A stretch of 64,000 nt of DNA, taken from an uncultured Erysipelotrichaceae bacterium. GTDB taxonomy: Bacteria; Bacillota_I; Bacilli_A; RFN20; CAG-826. Made by a program: the position numbers and the translations under genes. Below are positions 36,515 to 45,897 of this stretch, one piece after another. A model generated the notes under the pieces. It worked only from the letters and a program-made list of their open reading frames with translations, was not told where the DNA came from and made no database searches. Positions within the stretch are counted from its first letter, which is position 1; every line of letters starts with the position of its first letter. The stretch covers positions 13,907-77,906 of the forward strand of contig CADAIJ010000003.1 of NCBI GenBank assembly GCA_902787955.1, read 5' to 3'.

Positions 36515-38995
36515 ATGGAAAATATTTACGAAATTATCCCCTTTAGTAATGAATTACCCACTGAGTTAAAGTGCCAATATATTGACAGTTATGTTAATAC
36601 TTTGTCCAAAGATACCACCATAATTTTTGTTTTGGATGGAGAAGCAAACATCATTTATGACGGTAATTCTTCGTTATTAAAACAAGATGATATTGTTCTA
36701 ATTAATAAAAATACTGTTTTTAATATTTCTTCAAACGGAGCTACCCTTTTAATCTTTGAATTCAATATAGATAACATATTAAAAACCAACGTTAAACGAA
36801 CATACTTTTTATGCAATTCTTCTTTAGATGAAGATAAAAGCAAATACCATCATTTGATTAGATTAATTGCGAGACTAATTAAAGATTATTCAGAACATCC
36901 ACAAAACATTTTTGCTCACCTTGCCGCGATATGTCAGATCTATGATGAATTATGTCTTAATTTCCTTTCCGATAATAATAGCATTAATAATACCCATAAG
37001 TATCAAGATAGGGTGCAACAAATCACCCATTATATTGATGAGCACTTTGAAGAAAATATAGCATTGTCCACTTTATCTAATGCAATTGGTTTATCCACTC
37101 CTTATTTATCTAGTTTCTTTGATAAATATATCGGGATGAATTTCCATCAATATTACACCGAATATCGCTTAAGCAAGGCCATTGATGAACTAATATTTAC
37201 TGATAAAACTATTGAGGATATTTCGTACTCATGTGGATTTAATGATGTTCGCTCCTTTGTTTATTCTTTTAAAAAGAAATATAAGATTTTACCTAGCATT
37301 TATCGTAAACAAAATAGAGTTATTCCGATTGATAAAAAATCATTATCTTATGATATTGAAAGAAAACACAATAAATACGAAAACAATTTAAGTACAATCG
37401 CTAAATATTTAGATGTGAAATATGAACGCTCCGATACATTAAAAGATGAATATTTAAAAGAAATAAAAATAGATGATATTGATGTAACTTCTCCAAAAGC
37501 TCAATTAAAGCACAATTTTAAAGTTTTCACTTCTGTTTCTCGCGCTAAAGAATTGCTATACGCTGATGTTCAAGAAATGTTAAAAGAACTTCAGAAAAAA
37601 GTCGGATTTAAGTACATTAAATTCCACGGCATTTTATCAGATGATATGCTCGTTTATAAAGAAGATGAATATGGTAATCCTACTTATAGTTTTGTTTTTA
37701 TAGATAAAGCATTAGATTTTATTTTGTCAATTGGTTTAAAGCCACTTATTGAATTTACGTTCATGCCAAAAGATTTAACTAATGCAAATGCACATAGTGT
37801 TTTTGCGTCTAAATTTTATATTGGTGAACCAAAAGATTACGATAAATGGGCTGATTTAATTAAAAATCTCATGTTACACCTTATCGATAGATATGGAATT
37901 AGAGAAGTGAGAAGTTGGCTTTATTGCGCTTGGAATGAACCTGACACCACCACATCATTATTTGGCTTTAAAAATGATAATGATTATTACAAACTATATA
38001 AAATTACATATGAGATAGTGAAGGGTTTTTCCTCACAGTGTCAATTCGGTTCTCCTTCCATTATTTTTTCTTACAAAGTTTATCAAGATTGGATTAAGAA
38101 ATTTATCGAATATTGTAATAACAATAACTGTAGACCTGATTTCATTAATATCCATTACTACGATAATGATTTTACTTTCGATAATATTTCATCTCATTCA
38201 CCAGCGAATCCATCTCACGGCCGTTTAAATATGGATTCTGAATCATTCAATAAGGCTATTGTGGATATTAAAAAATATATGAATGATTTAGAAGTCGGAG
38301 AATTACCAATTTATCTAACTGAATGGAATTTAACTGTTTCACACCGCAACTTATTAAACGATACAGTTTTTAAATCATGTTATTTAGCCAAGAACTTATT
38401 AGAAAACTATGATGAATTAGATAGTTTTGGTTATTGGGTTTTAACTGATTTAATTGAAGAAACTCAACCATCAATGTCTGAATTCCATGGAGGTTTAGGT
38501 TTATATACGTATCACCAAATCAAGAAACCGCACTTCTACATTTTTGAGTTTTTAAATACTCTTGGTAATTCTTTTATTGATAAAGGACCAGGTTATTTTG
38601 TTGCGAAAAAGCATGGTTGTATTCAAATAATTCTTTATAATTACGAGCATTTTAATCATTTATTTGCCTCAGGTGAAACATATGATATGACATATTTAAA
38701 TAGATACACCCCATTTTCTAATTTAGGAAAAATGAAAGTATCGTTAGACTTAAAAGGTTTTACCGCTAAAAAATGTCATATTGTTGAAAAAATAGTAAAC
38801 CAAAAACATGGATCCGCTTTTGATGAATGGGTTTCGATGTCCGCTCCTAAAATTGATGAACAAATCATCGATTATTTAAAGAGTATTTGTATTCCTAAAA
38901 TGAATACTAAAGATGAAGAAATAATAAATGGAAAAATAAGTATTTCAGCAACACTTTCACCATTAGAAGTACGTTTAATTGAAATCCACTATTAG
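36515..38995 (+). CDS. AraC-family transcriptional regulator fused to a C-terminal clan GH-A (GH39-like) glycoside-hydrolase domain.
   Basis: An N-terminal cupin-like region precedes the AraC HTH (IALSTLSNAIGLSTPYLSSFFDKYIGMNFHQYY...VRSFVYSFKKKY). The C-terminal ~500 aa carry the acid/base motif CAWNEPD and the nucleophile motif LTEWN, which are the spaced catalytic signatures of GH39/GH-A. Confidence 0.65.
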   Translation: MENIYEIIPFSNELPTELKCQYIDSYVNTLSKDTTIIFVLDGEANIIYDGNSSLLKQDDIVLINKNTVFNISSNGATLLIFEFNIDNILKTNVKRTYFLCNSSLDEDKSKYHHLIRLIARLIKDYSEHPQNIFAHLAAICQIYDELCLNFLSDNNSINNTHKYQDRVQQITHYIDEHFEENIALSTLSNAIGLSTPYLSSFFDKYIGMNFHQYYTEYRLSKAIDELIFTDKTIEDISYSCGFNDVRSFVYSFKKKYKILPSIYRKQNRVIPIDKKSLSYDIERKHNKYENNLSTIAKYLDVKYERSDTLKDEYLKEIKIDDIDVTSPKAQLKHNFKVFTSVSRAKELLYADVQEMLKELQKKVGFKYIKFHGILSDDMLVYKEDEYGNPTYSFVFIDKALDFILSIGLKPLIEFTFMPKDLTNANAHSVFASKFYIGEPKDYDKWADLIKNLMLHLIDRYGIREVRSWLYCAWNEPDTTTSLFGFKNDNDYYKLYKITYEIVKGFSSQCQFGSPSIIFSYKVYQDWIKKFIEYCNNNNCRPDFINIHYYDNDFTFDNISSHSPANPSHGRLNMDSESFNKAIVDIKKYMNDLEVGELPIYLTEWNLTVSHRNLLNDTVFKSCYLAKNLLENYDELDSFGYWVLTDLIEETQPSMSEFHGGLGLYTYHQIKKPHFYIFEFLNTLGNSFIDKGPGYFVAKKHGCIQIILYNYEHFNHLFASGETYDMTYLNRYTPFSNLGKMKVSLDLKGFTAKKCHIVEKIVNQKHGSAFDEWVSMSAPKIDEQIIDYLKSICIPKMNTKDEEIINGKISISATLSPLEVRLIEIHY

Positions 38996-39138
38996 TGGTT
39001 TTCGACAAAAGGGTAATCTCCTATTTTGTGTTTAAATCTTAATAATCAAAAAATGCTGTGTTAATTATAAGTGCTTTAAAATAGGAAATATATCGATAAA
39101 TTCTAATTTATTTAAGAAAAATCAATATTTGGTAGTTT

Positions 39139-41304
39139 TTATTTGAAAATTAAAGATATAACACTCTTTTTATTTTTATATTCGTAACTATAGCTCTTGG
39201 ATAAAGTCTTAACTAATGTGACTCCAAAGCCTCCAGGAGTGGTGTCATCATCATCTTTAGAAAGATGTTTATGAACATGTTTAACAAATGGGTTATAGTC
39301 TGCACCATTTGAAGTAATAACAACTTTAAGATCATCCTTTTCAAATGAGAAATCAATATCAATAACTAAATCTTCTCGTTTTTCATAAGAAATTTGGTTA
39401 TTAAGTAATTCATCTAAAGCAATTCCAACGTGGGCTTTAACTTCTTCATCTACTGAACCATAAACCTTATAAAATTCTTCCATTGTTTCATCAATAATGG
39501 AGTAGTCTTTCTTCTCAAAATGAAGTGATAATGAATTGTCTTTTCTTTCTAAAACAACCATGGTGATATCATCAAATTGTTCTTCTTCTTTAACGAAATC
39601 TTTTAATTTATTGTTAAAGTAGGTTATTTTTTCGTTTAAAGATGAATCTTTACATTCTTTTAATGTTTCAACGATACGATCATAACCAAATTCTTCATTA
39701 TCTTTGTTTATTGATTCATTTAAGCCATCCGTAAAGGTAAATAAGGTATCGCCTTGAACAAATGGAGATTTCTCTTCGATAAAGGTTAAATCTTCTTCTC
39801 CACCTAAGACAAAGTTAGATGTTCCATCAAGCTTAATAATCTCATTTTGATGGATTATATATGGTTTTTCATGGCCAGCGTTAACAAATCTTATCTCATT
39901 ATTCTTTGAATCGATAATCGCGACAAAAGCAGTAACGAATAAGGAAGAATCATTATTAATTGTTAATTCATTATTAACAGTTGCAATGGAGTCCACTAAA
40001 GAAAGACCGCTTAAAATCTTTGCTTTAAGCAAGGTCTTAGCTTTCATCATAAACATCGCTGCAGGTACGCCTTTGCCACTAACATCAGCAATTAATAAAA
40101 CTAAATTATCACCAAAATAGAAATAATCATAGAAGTCTCCACCAACAACTTTAGCAGGCTTAATATAAGCACTAAGTTTAACGTTATTATCCATGAAATT
40201 TCTACTAGGAAGTGCGCTCAATTGAATATCTGAAGCAATTGAAAGTTCAGCTTCTCTTCTCTCATTTTCTTTAGCTTCTTGTTTAATGATATTAACGTAA
40301 TTAACAATTTCTTGTTCCATGATTTCAAATGATGATGCTAAAGAGGCAATCTCATCACGGCTCTTAATATTTAATGGAACAGGAGTAATACCTTTATGTT
40401 CTTTTAAATCAGAAGAAATATTATCAGTTTGAGTAGTTAATTTATTTAAATTACGTGTAATTGTGAAATGGGATAAAAGCATATAAAGGACGATGGACGC
40501 CACCATAACAGAAGAAATAATAATAATTTCATTGCCTAAAATTTCACGGTCTTTTTTTGTCACTTCGTTTAAATCGTATTCAATAAAGAAGTCGGCAACT
40601 TCAACTTGATTGCCTTCGCCATCAGTTTGATAAATAGGGACAAAACGAGTTAAATATCCAGCAAGTTCAAATCCATAATAGTTTTCATCAACGACATCGA
40701 TAACTTTATCAAACTCCTTAATGGAATAATGGCTACCTGGAAGATGATAGAATTTATCATTCTCATTTGGATTTGTTATTCGAGAATCCGCGACGAAAAC
40801 AAGTCTAGTTTCGTTTTCAAGTTCATCTTTAAAACAAACATAGGCTGCACGACCACCACTAGAAAGAAATGCTTCAGTAATAATATGGGTTAGCTCGCGA
40901 TATTTACGTGCAAAATCAAAATAGGCTTGACTACCAATCATTGAATTTGGATCCGGAAAGATCCATGGTGCTCTTTTTTGAAAGTATTGTTCATACTCGT
41001 CAAAATTGTTATTGAAATCACCATCAAGAGTTTTGTCGTGAATGTCTTCGCGATTATAAACATCGTTTCTAACGTAACTAATAACATCTGCTAATTCTTC
41101 AGTAGAAGTAGCTCCGGTAAGTTCTTTTGTGTAATTAAATTCAACACTATATAAAGATTGATCAATATTTGTAATTAAAGTTTCCTTACTTCTATTTTGT
41201 TGGTTGATTGAAGAGATAGTTAAAGCTACTCCTGAACCAATCCCAGAAGCTAAAATGCCTAAAATTGCAATTTTTAAAATAATAGGAAACTTAACTTTTT
41301 TCAT
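39139..41304 (-). CDS. Membrane sensor fused to a PP2C-type (SpoIIE/RsbU-like) phosphatase and a C-terminal RsbW-like GHKL kinase domain.
   Basis: Two TM helices flank an extracytoplasmic domain of about 230 aa. The PPM motif is LIADVSGKGVPAAMFM. The C-terminal N-box ALDELLNN and G-box GGFGVTL are present. Confidence 0.65.
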   Translation of the reverse strand: MKKVKFPIILKIAILGILASGIGSGVALTISSINQQNRSKETLITNIDQSLYSVEFNYTKELTGATSTEELADVISYVRNDVYNREDIHDKTLDGDFNNNFDEYEQYFQKRAPWIFPDPNSMIGSQAYFDFARKYRELTHIITEAFLSSGGRAAYVCFKDELENETRLVFVADSRITNPNENDKFYHLPGSHYSIKEFDKVIDVVDENYYGFELAGYLTRFVPIYQTDGEGNQVEVADFFIEYDLNEVTKKDREILGNEIIIISSVMVASIVLYMLLSHFTITRNLNKLTTQTDNISSDLKEHKGITPVPLNIKSRDEIASLASSFEIMEQEIVNYVNIIKQEAKENERREAELSIASDIQLSALPSRNFMDNNVKLSAYIKPAKVVGGDFYDYFYFGDNLVLLIADVSGKGVPAAMFMMKAKTLLKAKILSGLSLVDSIATVNNELTINNDSSLFVTAFVAIIDSKNNEIRFVNAGHEKPYIIHQNEIIKLDGTSNFVLGGEEDLTFIEEKSPFVQGDTLFTFTDGLNESINKDNEEFGYDRIVETLKECKDSSLNEKITYFNNKLKDFVKEEEQFDDITMVVLERKDNSLSLHFEKKDYSIIDETMEEFYKVYGSVDEEVKAHVGIALDELLNNQISYEKREDLVIDIDFSFEKDDLKVVITSNGADYNPFVKHVHKHLSKDDDDTTPGGFGVTLVKTLSKSYSYEYKNKKSVISLIFK

Positions 41305-41307
41305 AAA

Positions 41308-41604
41308 TTATTTAACAGTTAAGATGTTAGCGAATCCAGTAACCTTAAAAACTTCTCTACAAACATTATTAAGGTTATGAATTTCTAATTTCTTATCTTC
41401 TTTTGCAAGGCTTTTCTTTAAAGCGAGAAGTAAACGAAGGCCTGCTGAAGAGATATATTCAGTTTCTTTCATATCGAAAATAACTAATTCTTCCTTAATA
41501 TCTTCTTCTTCAATTCTTTTATTTAATTCAAGGGATGAAACGGTATCAAGGCGACCATTAAATTCAATAATCATTTCGTTTCCATGTTTGATTCTAATTT
41601 CCAT
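41308..41604 (-). CDS. STAS-domain anti-sigma-factor antagonist (SpoIIAA/RsbV-like).
   Basis: 98 aa with the conserved phosphorylatable Ser context DMKETEYISSAGLRLLL. It lies 4 nt upstream of the phosphatase/kinase gene. Confidence 0.7.
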   Translation of the reverse strand: MEIRIKHGNEMIIEFNGRLDTVSSLELNKRIEEEDIKEELVIFDMKETEYISSAGLRLLLALKKSLAKEDKKLEIHNLNNVCREVFKVTGFANILTVK

Positions 41605-41739
41605 AGCAACCTCCAGTAATAATTATTAATGAAATTCTATACGATTAATCAACCACTTTGAATATGTATATGTTCAAAATTTCATTAATAGAATAAGACA
41701 AATAGAGAAAAACTGTTACTTTTTTATAAATTTATTCGA

Positions 41740-41766
41740 AATAAAAAGTCCCAAAAACAGGACTTC
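41740..41766 (-). terminator. Intrinsic terminator downstream of the channel gene.
   Basis: On the minus strand AAGTCCTGTTTTTGGGACTT is followed by TTTATTT. Confidence 0.5.
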
Positions 41767-41792
41767 CTATATGAAATTTGGATAAAAATGCA

Positions 41793-42731
41793 CTATTTAT
41801 TATCAGAATCTTGATTATCTTTAGAATCAGGTTGTTCTTCAACTTTAGGTTTTTCTAATTTTCCATCTTCGTTCTTGGTTTCGTTATAGTAGTTAACAAT
41901 AACACTGGTAATAGACGCGACAACGATGATTCCATAAATTCCTAATATAACAGAAAGTATTCTACTAATCGGATCAGTTACGGTAATATCGCCTAAACCA
42001 ATAGTAGTAACAATCGCAAATGAATACCATAGGCCATCGCTGATTGTTTTAACACTCTCTTCAGTAATCATGAAGAAGAATGAGAAAGAAACTATTAATA
42101 AAAATAAGCCATAAATAATTTCAAAGACATAAGTCTTTCTAATTATTCTAAGTAATCCACGTAATTGAATTTTAGAAAAAGCAAGACTTAAAACATCGGC
42201 AAAAGACACTAATAAAATTATTAATACTAAAAGAGTTAAAAAGGCGTAATTTGCTTCAGTTGGTACTGTAAGAATAATAGTAATCGCAAGAAATGAGGCT
42301 AGACCGGCAAGTAGCACATTATAAACAATTCTAAATGCGCCTTTTCTTTCGAGAATCAAACAAACACGATTAGCAACAATTGTTGCAAAATATAATACAG
42401 CGGCAATTGAATAAAAGACATAGTCGGTTTGATATATAGTCAAAACTAAGATGGCAATTGCTAAATAAACAACTGCAAAAGAAATGTTCTTAATCGTAGC
42501 AATCTTATTTTTATTATCTACGAAATATGCTTTTAAAGCTAAAAGGCCTTTCGAAATTAATAAAAATACAAAGACGAGAAATAAATAAATCTTAGAGGTA
42601 AGAGGCGAAGTTGAAATAATAGCCTCATGCATTGATAATAACGAAAAGATTACAACACCTAAAATCGATAAACCATAAACGATATAATAGATGGTATCTG
42701 AATTCTCTTTAGTAATTTTAAACTTTGCCAT
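41793..42731 (-). CDS. Ion-channel family protein with a K+-channel-like pore loop.
   Basis: Polytopic membrane protein. The pore-loop-like TTIGLGDI resembles the TxGYGD selectivity filter. Acidic C-terminal tail. Confidence 0.55.
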   Translation of the reverse strand: MAKFKITKENSDTIYYIVYGLSILGVVIFSLLSMHEAIISTSPLTSKIYLFLVFVFLLISKGLLALKAYFVDNKNKIATIKNISFAVVYLAIAILVLTIYQTDYVFYSIAAVLYFATIVANRVCLILERKGAFRIVYNVLLAGLASFLAITIILTVPTEANYAFLTLLVLIILLVSFADVLSLAFSKIQLRGLLRIIRKTYVFEIIYGLFLLIVSFSFFFMITEESVKTISDGLWYSFAIVTTIGLGDITVTDPISRILSVILGIYGIIVVASITSVIVNYYNETKNEDGKLEKPKVEEQPDSKDNQDSDNK

Positions 42732-42926
42732 AATTCTTTTATTTATTATAAATTTATAAAATTAATGTTTGTATAGTTTTGTTTTAAATTCATCTAGCAA
42801 AGAAGGCTTAAATGGGAAAAATATTCCCAAATATCGGACTTCCTACGTATTTATTATTATTTATTCCTTATTAATAAAATAAAAAAGGATCCGATATATC
42901 TCGGACCCGTCTTTATAAGGTTAATA

Positions 42927-43373
42927 CTATTCCTCTGGTTTTGCTTCAGGAACTTTTTCTTCTGCTGGAGCTTCTTCTTTACTAGGAGCAGGTTGAACAG
43001 GCGCAGACTCAACTTCAACAGTTTGAACGGCTGGTTTAATTTCCATTTCGTTCAATGCAGATGAATTAGCAAGTCTTTGTTGACGACGAAGTGTCTTTTC
43101 AACTTCACGATCACTGCTTTTGGCAAAGACGAGAAGATCAATAGTAGCAATAATTGCAGCAGCTGCTAAAACAATAACACCCCAAGTTCTAAAATCTAAG
43201 ACAATATTCTTTTCAGCTTGTTTAATGAAGTTATCTTCTAAACTACCTGGGAGATAGTGTCCAACAATTCCAAAGACTAAAGATGTTAAAGCTAAAACCG
43301 CTAATACACCAGCAACGATGTACCAAACTAGTTCTTTACCTTTAATTTCTCTTTTTGTAGCTTCTTTTTTCAT
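42927..43373 (-). CDS. Hypothetical membrane protein with a Pro/Ala/Glu-rich C-terminal tail.
   Basis: Two predicted TM helices. The C-terminus reads APVQPAPSKEEAPAEEKVPEAKPEE. Confidence 0.4.
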   Translation of the reverse strand: MKKEATKREIKGKELVWYIVAGVLAVLALTSLVFGIVGHYLPGSLEDNFIKQAEKNIVLDFRTWGVIVLAAAAIIATIDLLVFAKSSDREVEKTLRRQQRLANSSALNEMEIKPAVQTVEVESAPVQPAPSKEEAPAEEKVPEAKPEE

Positions 43374-43421
43374 AACTTTAAAATCTTACTACTATTTATA
43401 TTGCCTTGCAATTTACTTTTT

Positions 43422-44279
43422 TTAAGCTTGAGGAGCTTGGTTAGCTTGCATTTCTCTAATTGCTTCGTTGAAATCCGCTAAGAATTTGTCATAAACAGGT
43501 TTCCAAGCGAGTTCCCATTTTTGGGTTTTTTCACGAGCAATCTTCTTCACATCAGTAAAGATAACACCAAAGTTCTTTCCTTGTGGAACATCTCTACGAC
43601 CACTAGTCATTTCAATTAAAGCAAAAAGTGGATCAATTAATTCATAGTAATCAGTTGATGTGACTGGAGAATTTTGTCTTTCAAAATTGAATTGGTTAAC
43701 GCAGCGGCCAATATCGTTTTGAATGAAGTTAGATTGAGGAGTAGTTGCGCCTTTAGCTTCTTGACGAGCTTTGTTATATTCTGCAAATAAATGATCAAAT
43801 TCATCTAAAAGGAGCATATTAACTAAACCACGATAGAAGTTTTCGGTTTTAGCAATAACGTCATCAAGCTTATCAGCTTCATAAGCGTTTTCTTTCTTAG
43901 CAGCGTTAACGTGAGCAACGATAATGTGACGAATTTCTTCATAAACTGGAAGAACAAGTTCGAAAACTGCTAAATGTTGAGCATGGTCAACACGAAGTTC
44001 AGCATTATCACCTGCAACACGAACAATGGTAGATTCTGGAGAATAAATGCCATCGATTAATTCATTAATCTTAGCTAAGAGTTTTTCACCAGCTTCACCA
44101 GAATTGTCTAAGCAATTTTTAAGTGGAGTGTTTTGTGTGATTTCATTTTTGATGATTTCTTTACGAGCTTCATAAGCGCGAACTTCGTATTTATCTTTTC
44201 TCATGGTGTATTCAAGAGTGTTTAAGATAACGACGTTGTAGCGGATAAAGCTAGAAATCGCTGTTGTGTAATTATTCAT
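43422..44279 (-). CDS. Hypothetical cytoplasmic protein.
   Basis: 285-aa ORF. No recognisable motif. Confidence 0.35.
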   Translation of the reverse strand: MNNYTTAISSFIRYNVVILNTLEYTMRKDKYEVRAYEARKEIIKNEITQNTPLKNCLDNSGEAGEKLLAKINELIDGIYSPESTIVRVAGDNAELRVDHAQHLAVFELVLPVYEEIRHIIVAHVNAAKKENAYEADKLDDVIAKTENFYRGLVNMLLLDEFDHLFAEYNKARQEAKGATTPQSNFIQNDIGRCVNQFNFERQNSPVTSTDYYELIDPLFALIEMTSGRRDVPQGKNFGVIFTDVKKIAREKTQKWELAWKPVYDKFLADFNEAIREMQANQAPQA

Positions 44280-44284
44280 TCTAA

Positions 44285-45124
44285 TTACTTCCTTTCAATA
44301 AATTTCTCGAGATCCCAGAAATTTTCGATGATGTTTTTGGCATACTTCGAGACCGATAGTGGTGCCTGAGCCATACAGAAACTGTTCTCGTAGAATTCGT
44401 TAAACATTGATATATCATTGCCAGAATCACCCACGACAATGATATCTTCGGGGTTTATCTTATGATAATTTAAGTAATATTTCAAGCCTTCAGCTTTAGA
44501 ACATCCAACTGGAGAGAGTTCAATCATCTCTTTAGACCAGCTAGCTTCGACTTTATCACTATACTTTTCACGGATAACTTTATTGGCCTCTGATGCTTTG
44601 TTACAACCATCTTCACCAATTCCAAACATAAGCATTGCTTTATAAACGTGTCCATTATTTAAAGCGTTATAGAATTTCTTATTTTTTAAATGGAATCTTT
44701 CACGATAAGCACCTTGAGATAAATACCAGAATTGATATCCAATAGTATAGAAGAGCGAATCGAAGGATTTTGTGCAAATGTAATTATCATCATCCGCCAT
44801 TACAAGAAATCCTCTGATAGTGAATTCTTTTCTTAATTGTTCAATGATTTCAGTTAAAATGCCTGGTTCAAAACAAGTACTTTTAATTAATTCATTATTC
44901 GAAACAATATAAGAAGAATTACAACCGATAATATCAACATCGCGTTTAATTTTCTTAACGACTCTATTGCAATAACGACGGTTACGGCCTGAAACAAGAA
45001 CTAATCTATTACCATCATCAATAAATTTTCTTAAGAAAGCTAATGATTGAGGATTAATCATTCTAAATTTGTGTTTTGGATAAAATAAAGTTCCGTCTAG
45101 ATCAGTTGCTAATACTTTTTTCAT
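44285..45124 (-). CDS. Cof-type HAD-IIB hydrolase.
   Basis: LATDLDGTLF motif I and GDSGNDISMF motif IV. Confidence 0.75.
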   Translation of the reverse strand: MKKVLATDLDGTLFYPKHKFRMINPQSLAFLRKFIDDGNRLVLVSGRNRRYCNRVVKKIKRDVDIIGCNSSYIVSNNELIKSTCFEPGILTEIIEQLRKEFTIRGFLVMADDDNYICTKSFDSLFYTIGYQFWYLSQGAYRERFHLKNKKFYNALNNGHVYKAMLMFGIGEDGCNKASEANKVIREKYSDKVEASWSKEMIELSPVGCSKAEGLKYYLNYHKINPEDIIVVGDSGNDISMFNEFYENSFCMAQAPLSVSKYAKNIIENFWDLEKFIERK

Positions 45125-45169
45125 TGCCTCTATTATATAGATTTTTCAAAATAACAAAACAAAAATGTA

Positions 45170-45210
45170 ATTAAAAAATCCCAAGATTTCGGGAATCCTG
45201 GGATTTTAAT
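45170..45210 (-). terminator. Intrinsic terminator downstream of hpf.
   Basis: 9-bp stem AAAATCCCA/TGGGATTTT followed on the minus strand by TTTTTTAATT. Confidence 0.55.
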
Positions 45211-45226
45211 AAGTTTTGCTAGCAAA

Positions 45227-45784
45227 TTATGCTAATTCATTCTCCGCTTGGATAATACCATAACCGCCATCTTCACGAGTGTAAACAACGGTAACTTTAT
45301 TATCTTCTTCGTCTAAATAAAGGAAGAATGGGTGACCAAGAGCTTCCATACGGAAGATAGCTTCATCGATACTCATTGGTTCAAGGTCAACATTTTTAAC
45401 TCTGACGACTTCTTCGTCTTCTTCTTTTTCATCTGGATAAACTTCAATATTTTCAAAAGCGATGGCTTTGCCTAAGCTAAGCTTATCGCCACGGGAGCGA
45501 TCCATTCTAGTTTTAAGTTTACGCATTTGACCTTCAAGCTTATCAAGAGCAAGATCAACACCAGCGTATAAATCAGGATTTTTGACTTCAGCACGTAAGT
45601 CCATAAATGGAGTGAAGATGGTAATCTCTACCTTGGATCCGTTTTTATAGGATCTTACAACAACTCTGCATGAAACATCTTCATTAATAACTAAGTATTT
45701 ATCCATCTTTTTGAGCTTCTTCTCAATATTGGCACGGATAGCATCAGTTACTTCGATGTTTTTTCCAATAATTTGGGTTTTCAT
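45227..45784 (-). CDS. hpf: Ribosome hibernation promoting factor (long HPF).
   Basis: Start chosen at MKTQIIGKNIEVTD, which has the RBS AAGGAG. The YfiA/HPF N-domain is followed by a C-terminal dimerisation domain. Confidence 0.8.
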   Translation of the reverse strand: MKTQIIGKNIEVTDAIRANIEKKLKKMDKYLVINEDVSCRVVVRSYKNGSKVEITIFTPFMDLRAEVKNPDLYAGVDLALDKLEGQMRKLKTRMDRSRGDKLSLGKAIAFENIEVYPDEKEEDEEVVRVKNVDLEPMSIDEAIFRMEALGHPFFLYLDEEDNKVTVVYTREDGGYGIIQAENELA

Positions 45785-45897
45785 ATTTATGCTCCTTTCC
45801 AAATTACCCGATGGGGTTTTCTTAATTTTATTATCGCACAATGTAAAGAAAAAACCTATTAGGTTGATAATAATTTTCCCAAATAGGTCAGTTCTTA

